NCBI GenBank assembly: GCA_963737655.1
Contig: CAVTTN010000001.1
Coordinates: forward strand, 1 to 10,959
Length of the DNA stretch: 10,959 nt
Origin: an uncultured Planctomycetota bacterium
GTDB taxonomy: Bacteria > Planctomycetota > Planctomycetia > Isosphaerales > Isosphaeraceae
Direction: 5' to 3'
The notes under the pieces were generated by a model that was not told where the DNA came from, ran no database searches, and worked only from the letters and a program-made list of their open reading frames with translations. Of this stretch, positions 1 to 7,941 are shown one piece after another; positions within the stretch are counted from its first letter, which is position 1, and every line of letters begins with the position of its first letter. The position numbers and the translations under genes are program-made.

Positions 1-12
1 TCGCGGTTTATG

Positions 13-40
13 TTCACAAATGTGCGATTATGATGATAAT
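13..40 (+). promoter_or_regulatory. possible sigma70-like promoter for the 244-922 gene pair
   Basis: AT-rich patch in GC-rich DNA: TTCACA (13-18), 16 nt spacer, GATAAT (35-40). Pattern match only. Confidence 0.25.
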
Positions 41-243
41 TCGGGTCGCGACGAGCCCCGTCCGCGAGGCCAGGCCTCGAGGAGTATCCCCGGGCTGGCG
101 TCGGGCCGAGGGTCCGGCTTAGGATGGTTGGTGGCATCCTCGACAATCGCGACGAAACCCCGAAGGCCGGAGGTGAACCATGTCGATCGATCCCGAGACG
201 GTCGACCCGGACGGCGATCGGCGCGTGCGTGGAGGATCAATCG

Positions 244-477
244 ATGTCGCTGAATCAGGAACTTCAATACTATCGGCTGCACCTGATCGACATGCTCGGC
301 GTCAACGGAGTGAATGAGGGTAAGTTCGTCGTCATCAAGGGCGAGCACGTCCTGGGGGTCTTCGAGACTTTCGAGGAAGCCCTCGACCTGGGCTACGACC
401 GATGCGGCCTGACGTCTTTCCTGGTGAAGCGGATCGAGCGGAACGAGTCGATCCTCTACTTCTCCCGGCCGATCTGA
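244..477 (+). CDS. small hypothetical protein, DUF5678-like (77 aa)
   Basis: GGAGGA at 231-236 precedes ATG 244, in frame with ORF 124..477. The sequence EGKFVVIKGEHVLGVFETFEEALDLGYDRCG..FLVKRI resembles the small proteins commonly found upstream of bacterial retropepsins. Confidence 0.7.
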   Translation: MSLNQELQYYRLHLIDMLGVNGVNEGKFVVIKGEHVLGVFETFEEALDLGYDRCGLTSFLVKRIERNESILYFSRPI

Positions 478-484
478 GCTGTCC

Positions 485-922
485 ATGAGATCGATCGTCG
501 GTCGGATTGAGCGGGCCGGTGCCTTCATCGACATGACGGCCATGGCACCCGGCAAGCATGTCGAGTTACTCCGCAAGCTGGGCCGAGCCGTGCCGGGCTC
601 CAGGACGGTCCGCTCCCTTATCGATACTGGCGCCTCGGACTCCGCCCCGGATTTCGGCATCATCGCGCACCCGGGCCTCATCCCGACCGGTCGGATCAAG
701 GTCCGCTCCTCGACGACCGGCTCCCAGTACGAGGAGCGCGACCAGTACGCCGTCAGCCTGTACATCGGGACTCAGCGAGGCGAAACCGCCGAGTACACGG
801 TCAGCGTCGTCGGCGCCGGCCTGGCGAGCGAGGGCTTCCTGGCGATCATCGGCTGGAACGTCCTGGAGCGGTGTGTCCTGCTTTGCGATGGCCCGAAGAA
901 GACATTTCGGCTCGATTACTGA
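485..922 (+). CDS. retropepsin-like (clan AA) aspartyl protease
   Basis: Catalytic LIDTGA motif and C-terminal IIGWNVL, equivalent to the (I/L)LGRD(V/F)L motif. Single-lobe size of 145 aa. Starts 7 nt after the previous stop. Confidence 0.85.
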   Translation: MRSIVGRIERAGAFIDMTAMAPGKHVELLRKLGRAVPGSRTVRSLIDTGASDSAPDFGIIAHPGLIPTGRIKVRSSTTGSQYEERDQYAVSLYIGTQRGETAEYTVSVVGAGLASEGFLAIIGWNVLERCVLLCDGPKKTFRLDY

Positions 923-926
923 CTCT

Positions 927-1004
927 GTCCCTGGCGGTCATGTCAGGATCACCGGGCTGGCCCGGGAGGAGCTCCTCGATGCGTTTTCGGTGGGCATCGG
1001 TTAT
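927..1004 (-). pseudogene. IS5-family (IS427-like) transposase N-terminal remnant
   Basis: The minus frame reads ITDAHRKRIEELLPGQPGDPDMTARD, which resembles the IS5/IS427 orfA N-terminus (LTDxQWERIxxLLPGxxGDPGxTAxDNR). No start codon and no continuation. Confidence 0.6.
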
Positions 1005-1009
1005 TCGAA

Positions 1010-1679
1010 CTATCGGACGCCCAGGAGGAAGGCGGCCGCCATCAGGGCGGCCCCGACCAGCGCCGTCAGGAGTCCCAGGGCCCGGCGGCGTTTGACGTAG
1101 AACAGGAGGAGCAGCCCGGTCACCGACGCCATCGCCGTCAAGGCGGCCGAGGCGTCGACCACCGCCGACCAGATCGGCCCGGTGTCGCGCCCCTTGTGCA
1201 GGTCGTTGACCACCGCGAAGAGGCCGCGCCGCTCCTCGGTCACGCGGTAGCGTCCCGTCGGCCCGGCGGATGAAGGCGTCGGCCGAGTAGCCGGGCCCCT
1301 TGAAGGTGACCACGCACTCCTCCTCGTCGGTCGTGAACGAGGCCAGGGCCCCGCGGAGGCCGTGCGCCGTCCGCAGGTGCTCGACCACCTCCAGCTTCCT
1401 GATCCCGGACCCCGGGTCGGTGGCCGGACCCCCCTGGACCCAGTCGACGTCCACCCGTCCCTCGGCCTCGACGCTCGTCGCGACCCCGTCGAAGAAGAGC
1501 CGGGGGTGGTTCAGGGTGATCCCCGTCAGGCTGAAGAACAGCAGGGCGGCCAGGCCGAACATCGACAGGTAGGTGTGGAGCCAGCGGACGGTCGAGGCCA
1601 GCCTGAGCCCGAGGCGTCGGCCCGGGGTCGGGCGTCGGCCGTCGCCCGGGGGCGTGACCGGGGCGGAGTCCGACCTCAT
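1010..1679 (-). CDS. PepSY-associated TM helix protein (PepSY_TM-like), one frameshift
   Basis: RWLHTYLSMFGLAALLFFSLTGITLNHP ... FKGPGYSADAFI ... NDLHKGRDTG plus two C-terminal TM helices. Removing one C from ccc 1254-1256 joins ORFs 846..1679 and 1010..1243 (DGRYRVTEE). ATGA overlap with the upstream stop at 1676-1679. Confidence 0.85.
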
Positions 1680-3238
1680 CGTTCGGCCCCCTTGCGGCGA
1701 TATTCGAGGGTGGCGGACTTGATCTCGTCATTCCCCTTCAATTCCTTCGCGAACGCGTCGCCGGCCAGCGTGACCTGCCTCCGGATCAGGCCGTAGCCCC
1801 CCTGCTCGCGGACGGCCTCGATCAGGACCGTGTAGGTGCCCGGCTTCAGCGGCCTGCCCTGGTCGTCCTTGCCGTCCCAGAGGGCCGAGTACTGGCCGGG
1901 CGGGCGGGTCGGCTGGGCGATCTGGAACACGTCGGTCTTGTTGGCCTTGGTCCGGGCCCGGTCGTCGGCGTACCACCGCTTCAGGTCGGGGATCCATTCG
2001 AACGGCCCGGGGCCGCCCATCGAGACCCAGAGCAGCAGGTTCCGGACCGGGGCCCCGCCCTCGTCCTCGACCCAGACCGCGACGTAGGGCCGGCGGTATC
2101 GCCCCTTCTCCTGGGGGCGGTTGATCTCGAAGCGGACCAGCAGCTCGTGATCGTCGCCCCAGCCGCCCTCGGCCTCGGCCTCGGCGGCGGCGGCCGGCCT
2201 CGACGGGTGCGGCGGCCGCGGGGCCGGCCTCTCGTAGAGGTGCCAGGCGGCGTTCCGGTGGAGCCGGCCCCCGGCGTCGACGATCAGGCAGGCCACCCCC
2301 GGCAGGGAGTCGGCCAGCCGGAGGCCCTCGGCGGGCGGCAGGACGTTGAGGATCGTGGCCAGGGCGTCGGCGTCGGCCGACCGCTCGGCGATCACCGTGG
2401 CCGAGAGCACGCCGGCGGCCGGCTCGCCGGTCCTGGGGTCGAGGATGTGCGAGTACCAGCGGCCCTCGACCCGGTAGCCCCGATGCTTCGTGGCCGCTGG
2501 TGGCGACCGCGCGGTCCTTCACCTCGACCAGGGCCAGCGGCTCGGTCGGTCTCGGAGCCGGGCCGGGGCGCGGCGACCGCGACGGTCCTCGCCAGGCTCG
2601 CCCTGGACCCGGAGGTCGCCGCCGACGTTGAGGACCACGCCCCGGACCGCCGGGTCGCCCGCCAGGGCGGCGGCGCAGGCCCGCTCGACGATGTACCCCT
2701 TGGCGATCGCGTCGAGGGTCAGCGGGGCGTCGGAGAGCCGCTCGGCGGTCCCGCTCGGGGCGTCGAGCCGCCAGGCCGGGCCGGCCGATCCGGGCCGTCG
2801 CGTCGCCTCCAGCTCGGCGCGGGTCGGGGCCCGGTCGCGCCGGGCGGCCTCGGACCAGAGCCTCGAGAGGGCCTCGGACCCGGGGGTCGAAGGCCCCGCC
2901 GCTCCGCTCGCGCCAGGCGTCGCTCGGCCGCGAGCACCTCGAACAGCTCGGCCGAGACCCTGACGGGGCCGGCGGGGGCGGCCTGCCAGCGGCGGAACTC
3001 GCTGGACGGGTCGTGGTTGCTGAAGATCGCCGCGAGGCGGTCGATCTCCCGGAGCGCCCGGTCCTCGGCCCGCCGGGCGGCCGAGGCGTCGACGGCCCGG
3101 ACGCTCAGCTCCATCGAGGTGCCCATCACGTTGTCGTGGCAGAAGAAGTAATCCTCCGCGGCCAGGCCGGCCGGGCAGGCCCAGCCGACGAGCAGGAGGG
3201 CGAGCGATCGCGGATCGGCGTCGCATGGCGTCTCGCAT
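1676..3238 (-). CDS. apbE: FAD:protein FMN transferase (ApbE family) fused to a C-terminal DUF2271 domain; multiple frameshifts
   Basis: Rebuilt across frames: signal-like ALLLVGWACPAGLAA, VMGT, SEFRRW, SGGAFDP, LDAIAKGYIVE, VVLNVGGDLRV, AVATSG, YSHILDPRTG, SATVIAERSADADALATIL. DUF2271 follows (YRRPYVAVWVED, WIPDLKRWY, TRPPGQY..WDGKDD.G, YTVLIEAVREQGG). Start is 3238 or 3226. Frame changes near 3205, 2925, 2880, 2595, 2545 and 2485. Confidence 0.9.
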
Positions 3239-3252
3239 CCTTCGGGGTTATC

Positions 3253-3888
3253 TCAGCCGCCGTGCTGGGCGGCCAGCTCGTAGGAATCCAGCCGGAACGT
3301 CAAATCATCGGCCAATTGATCATAAGTAATACAAACGCTTCTCTTGGAATTGACTATAGAGTGCGCTCATGTCGCCACTTCAGGCGCGCCGGCTCGCCGG
3401 CCTCCATGTGATGGTCCCGGCCCGCGATCAGCACCCCGACATAGTCGATCGAGCGCCTCCCCAGTCGTGCTTCCATTTCGGCGGTATCGGTCATGTCGTC
3501 CAGCTTGTAAAACCAATCGATGACCTGACTGTACCCGTGATCAAAACGCGGGCTCCACTCGCGCGTCAATTTCTCGCCATTCTTGATGAAGAGGCTGCTC
3601 GGCCCCGCGTCCTCGAGTTCGACGAAGGTGTACGCGCAGAGCCGGTGTCGCCGATCGCGAGATCGCAGCGGAAAGTCCCGAAGAGGTTGTACTCCCTCGC
3701 GACCAGGTCGAAGCGGCGGATCGACGGGTTGTACAGCCCGACCAGCGCGGTCAGGTCGCGACGGTCCTCGAAGAAGTCTCGGACGCCTTCTCCTTGAGAT
3801 CGGGGTGGGCTTGCAGCAGCGATCGTAGTTCCTCGACCTGGGTCTTGCCTTGCGCAAGGTTGAGGGCATGATGGCTGAAGTCGGGCAT
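3253..3888 (-). CDS. Shedu (SduA)/DUF4263-family nuclease, nuclease domain only (~210 aa), frameshifted
   Basis: Rebuilt: MPDFSHHALNLAQGKTQVEELRSLL...DFFEDRRDL...AREYNLFGTFRCDLAIGD...YTFVELEDA...WSPRFDHGYSQVIDW...GVLIAGRD...RLKWRHER..IVNSKRSVCITYDQLADD..., with TGA at 3253-3255. The E..D..ExE core, QxxDW, LIAGR and ITYDxL are DUF4263-type features. Frame changes near 3790, 3645 and 3357. Confidence 0.8.
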
Positions 3889-3901
3889 GGGGCACCCGAG
3901 G

Positions 3902-4192
3902 TCAGGTCTTGACCTTGGCGAAACGTTCGAGCGTCTCGTGGCGCACCACGTCGAGCACCTCCGCGTCCTCGCCCTCCGGGGATCGCACGATCGCCCTCAA
4001 GCTGTCGTCGATCCGTATCAAGTACAGATCCGGGTCGGACTTCAACTTCTCGACGATTCGAGGCGGCCAATGGTCCAGGGGTTGACCGGCGAGTGCGGCC
4101 AGGCGATCCAGGATTCTGGCTTGATCGGGGGCCGGAAGTTGGTCGAGCGCCGCGAGGGCGCGGCGATGAAATGCGAATCGACCGATTTCCAT
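3902..4192 (-). CDS. RelE/ParE-superfamily-like protein (96 aa)
   Basis: AGGGGG RBS before ATG 4192. The pattern FAFHRRALAALDQLPAPDQARILDRLAAL...VEKLKSDPDLYLIRIDDSLRAIV...EVLDVVRH fits the RelE fold. Ends 13 nt before the Shedu-like start. Confidence 0.65.
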   Translation of the reverse strand: MEIGRFAFHRRALAALDQLPAPDQARILDRLAALAGQPLDHWPPRIVEKLKSDPDLYLIRIDDSLRAIVRSPEGEDAEVLDVVRHETLERFAKVKT

Positions 4193-4324
4193 GTCAAGCC
4201 CCCTATCTCGCCGCACATCACCTCGACCCGGCGTTGGGCGGATACGACACACGATTCTCGGCGACCATCGCATGATACCTCAATCACGGACCGCGGAACA
4301 CGCCCAAGGGCGACGGCGTAGCGC

Positions 4325-5119
4325 CCCCGGACCGCGTGTAGATGTCGTATTCATCGGTGTAGACCAACCTGCCCTTCGCTATCCTTCGATCGATCAGCGG
4401 GCCGATGGTCGCTTGGTTGACGTTCTCCAGCATCCGGATCACGACCTCGCCGCCCCGCCGCAACATCCCGAAGATCGGCGGCTTCTCCTCGGCCAGCGTG
4501 CGCCGACCGCGCTCGCCTTTCAGGCGTCGCCTCCGGGGGAGTCGGCCTTTTTCCTGACCGCCTCGGGATGGGCCTTATGTCCGGCCACCATATAGACTTC
4601 GTCGCACTCGACCTCGCCCTCCAGCTCGACCGGCGGGCCGCGGTCCACGACCCCCTGGCGGAGTCGCTGGATCATCGCCCGGGCGTCATCCTTGTTGATG
4701 TCCAGCTCCTGGGCGATCTGCAACCCCGAGAGGTTCAGCCCCATGAGATAGAGGCAGGCGATCCAGGACCTCAGCGGCAGGTGATGGCCGGCGAAGATGG
4801 CGTCGGTGAGGTCGTCGAATCGTTGGCGGCGGCCCCGGCACTCGTAGCGTTGGCGGAGCGGTTGGGTATCGTCCCGACCGTTCTTGATTACCGAGTCGGA
4901 CGAGCATCGGGGGCAGGTCACGCCGTCGGGCCGGCGCATGTCCCGGATGGTGTCGAAGCACTTGGCGTCCTCGAAGAGATCCTGGATGTTGACCCTCGGG
5001 CGACGCCTCGGGACCGGGAAGACGGGTCGGGCTCGGCGGACGAGATGTCCGGCCGAAGAGACCGATTCTAACGATTCAGGGCCCGCTTCGGGCCACCACC
5101 CTGGAATTCATCACGATCC
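4325..5119 (-). mobile_element. truncated IS1595-family (ISXO2-like DDE) insertion sequence
   Basis: Zn ribbon CPRC..YECRG, HTH (IAQELDINKDDA), EVECDEVY, EKPPIFGMLRRGG, VYTDEYDIY, then an abrupt loss of similarity at ~4330 with no HVNTxEGFW segment. The expected ATG reads AGG (4994-4996). Probable left terminus GGATCGTGATGAATTCC at 5119-5103. No right end is visible. Confidence 0.85.
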
Positions 5120-5217
5120 ATAACTTGTTTTCCTGTAGTTGCTTAGCAAATGATCGCTCGATCAAGGAATCGGGTCGGTCCTCTTCCGAGGATCTGCCCC
5201 AATCCTGGATTTCGTGA

Positions 5218-5436
5218 TCATCCCGAGCGGTGATCCTTCGCCCGAGGACCGGGCCCGGTCGAGCCCGGGCCATTCGGCATCGTCTGGTCTCCGGGGGGCG
5301 AGTCGCCCTGTTCCAGGTGGCGGATCACCTCCCGGGCCAGCAGGCCGATCAATCCCAGCCAGGCGGCTCGCACCTCCCCGGCCACCTCGGAATCATCGCC
5401 ATCTTCCAGGGCGATCTCGTCCATCTTATCACGCAT
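5218..5436 (-). CDS. small hypothetical protein (72 aa)
   Basis: GGGAG about 10 nt upstream of ATG 5436. Acidic N-terminus followed by an amphipathic helix AAWLGLIGLLAREVIRHLE. Lies downstream of the recombinase terminator. Confidence 0.5.
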   Translation of the reverse strand: MRDKMDEIALEDGDDSEVAGEVRAAWLGLIGLLAREVIRHLEQGDSPPGDQTMPNGPGSTGPGPRAKDHRSG

Positions 5437-5468
5437 CGAAATCGGACTCCCGAGGGGGGGTGGTAACG

Positions 5469-5504
5469 AAAAAAGCCCCACGCCACCGACGGTGGCGTGG
5501 GGCT
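5469..5504 (-). terminator. intrinsic terminator downstream of the recombinase
   Basis: Perfect 14-bp stem AGCCCCACGCCACC/GGTGGCGTGGGGCT (5474-5487/5491-5504) followed by a U-run on the minus strand. Located 40 nt after the stop at 5545. Confidence 0.85.
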
Positions 5505-5544
5505 CGAGGGTCTCGGGCCCGAGTCGGGCCTGGGCGGTCTCGAA

Positions 5545-7503
5545 TCAGGGGGTCCTATGCTGCTCGGCCCGGAGCCTCTCCTGCTCCAGGGTCTCGAACC
5601 GGTAGCGAGCGTGCCTGTGCCGACACGTCCGGTCCGAGTCCTCCGGCGGCCCCGTCACTGCCTGGTAGGGGTCATCCAGGCCCAGGGCGTCCAGCTTCTT
5701 GGTCAGGACGGCGGTCCGCTGCACCGCCGTCTGGGTGATCCCCAACTCCTGGGCGATCTGTCTCTGCTGCCAGTTCAGGGCCGTCAGCTCGCGGACCCTG
5801 GCCAGGTGCGCCACCCGCTGGGGCGGGTCGAACAGGTCGACCACCACCTCGCGGCTCAGGACCCCCACGAGGCTCTCCCAACCTCGCGCCCCGGGCAGCA
5901 GCGCCGCCAGCTCGACCGTCAATCGGGCCCTCAGTTCGACGTTGCCCCCGTCGATCGCCCGACACGGCCACACCTCGAGCCTGGGCACGACCCGGCTCAT
6001 CAGCCGGCCGAACTCGTCGGAATCACGGGCCAACCCCCGGAACGCCTCGTCGAAGGTCGCCACGATCCTCTCCATCGAAGGAAGCTCGGGGGCCGCCCCG
6101 GCCGCCTCGATCAACTCGGCCCGATCGGCGACCACCCGGTCGCGCTCCGACTCCAGCTCGCGGAGCTTCTCCCGGAGGGCCCGGCTCGACTCGTCGTCGA
6201 CCAGCAGGTTCGTCGTCGATCGGATCTGGCGGTCCAGGGTCTGCTCCAGCCGGGAGGATTCGGCCAGACGGGCCTCCATTGTCGCCCTCGCCGCCACCAT
6301 CCCCCGGCGTACCTCCTCCAACAGGAGGGAGTCGAACTCGGGCAGCGACCGGACCTCGCCGAAGACCGCCGCCGCGATCCGTTCGGCCGCCAGGGGGCCC
6401 AGGAAGGTGGTCCCGACCCAGCAGCGGTAGTCCTTCGCCCCGCTGCACATCAGGTGGCCGTCCCGGCCATTGCCGCCGTAATAGTAGAGCCGGCCACAGA
6501 CGCCGCAGCGGGCGTGCTGGCCGGGCCACGCCGTCCGCTTCCGGGGCACCCCCTTCCGCGGGTCGGACCCGTCGACCGGCTTCCGCCCCCGGTTCGCGTT
6601 GCGCCGCTTCAGCATCGCCACCACGCGGTCATACCGGGAGGCTTCGATGAACCCCAGGTGCGGCACCGCGCGCTCCAGCGCTCCTCCGGCGGCGCCTTGA
6701 CCGAGCGATGCCGGCCGGTCTTGTTGTTCCGCCGGCTCATCTTCTCGTTGTGGACCCGGACCCCCTTGAGGATCGGGTTATACGTCATGTCGCGGCACCA
6801 GGCTGACGCTCCATTTGCCCGAGCGGACATAGGGCCCGGGAGCGATGCCGAGCCCGTTGAGGAAGTCGACGACCTCGGAGAACGAGGCCCCGCCCTCGAG
6901 GAGGCGGAACCACTCCTCGTAGATCGGTCCCGCCGCCGGGTCCTTGACGACCTTGTCGTCGGTCTTGACGCCCGCCGGCTTGATATAGCCGAACTGGACC
7001 GTCTGGATCAGGCCCTCGTTCATGAACCGGTTCCGCGCCGAGCGGCGGATCCGCTGAGAGGTCTCCTTGTTCGCCTGCTCATGCCTCATCGCCGCAAAGA
7101 ACGCGTTGAACCGCCAGTTGTCCCGGCCGGTGTCGACGCTGTCGTTCAGGGCGATCAGACGAGTCCCGCTGTCCTCGGCATCCTCGCAGATGACGAAGGC
7201 CCTCTGGCGACGCGCGATCCGGCCAAGGTCCTCGGTGAGCACCAGATCATGGCGGCGAGATGCCACGCACTCCTCGATCCTGGCCAACTCCTCGCGGTCG
7301 AGCTGCTCGCCCGAGCCGCGGGTCGCGAGGATCTCCCATTCGATCCGGCCGTCGTAACGATCCTTCAGATAACGCCTGAGCAGGGCCTCCTGGTCGGCGA
7401 GGCTCTTGATGTCTTGGTTCATGCCGCTGATCCGGCACACAACCAGGACGCGGAGCATGACCCCGTTGCGGGGCTTCAGCGGGGGGTCGAGAGGTTGACT
7501 CAT
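5545..7503 (-). CDS. large serine recombinase (resolvase, recombinase and Zn-ribbon/coiled-coil domains, C-terminal HTH), two frameshifts
   Basis: VCRIS catalytic Ser, SLADQ, GSG...REEL, EDLGRIAR, SQRIRRS, FGY, TYNPILKG, CGVCG...C..C zinc ribbon, then a coiled coil. An extra base at 6794-6795 and a missing base near 6680 join ORFs 6778..7503, 6609..6830 and 5545..6666 into ~650 aa. Confidence 0.9.
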
Positions 7504-7842
7504 CGGAGTGGTCGCCTGTTCGATGGGGTGGAATCGCGGTGAGTCTTCGGGATCGATGGGGGGCCAGGTCCCCGAGCAGTGGCGGGGGCGGCCCCGGCCG
7601 GCTGGCCCCGGCCTCGAGGGTCGCCGCCGAGTCGGCGTAGGATCGAGGGTGATTCATCGGACACCTCATGCCGGCGGAGCTCCCGGAAGGGCTGGGCCCC
7701 GACGGCCCCGCTCAAAGCGGTAGCAGCTCACCTACCCCGATCGTCACCCGGAAGTCCTCCCCGCACCTATAGAGGTTTCGCTGAGTTCGCGTGGAATTCG
7801 GCGGGGCTAGAAACACTCATGAATCGCACATCGATGGGTGCA

Positions 7843-7885
7843 GAATCCTGGCCGCATAACACGGAATGGATTTCGAGTCAATCCC
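7843..7885. repeat. copy 1 of an imperfect ~40-bp direct repeat
   Basis: Core CACGGAATGGATTTCGAGTCAA (7860-7881) matches 8326-8347 at 21 of 22 positions, and the flanks are similar (gaatcctggccg vs ggatccttgccg). Confidence 0.75.
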
Positions 7886-7941
7886 GGTTCTACCAAAACG
7901 GTTTCGGTGCGATTGCCCTTGTAGGGATCCTCCGGATGTGC

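Noticed and set aside
124..243. N-terminal extension of ORF 124..477
   Set aside because: The strong GGAGGA RBS at 231-236 supports ATG 244, and the extension looks non-coding.
28..765. 245-aa minus-strand ORF
   Set aside because: Overlaps two well-supported plus-strand genes and has no motifs.
2147..3151. 334-aa plus-strand ORF and other overlapping plus ORFs
   Set aside because: Antisense to apbE, low-complexity Arg/Gly/Pro sequence.
2480..3210. Programmed frameshifting or phase variation in apbE
   Set aside because: Too many breaks, and not at slippery heptamers or long simple repeats. Better explained as read errors.
3889..4070. N-terminal part of ORF 3354..4070 as a Shedu sensor domain
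   Set aside because: It is an alternative frame over the RelE-like gene. The nuclease is better rebuilt from ATG 3888.
5497..7542. 681-aa plus-strand ORF
   Set aside because: Antisense shadow of the serine recombinase. Long stop-free antisense frames are expected in high-GC coding DNA, and it has no recognisable motifs.
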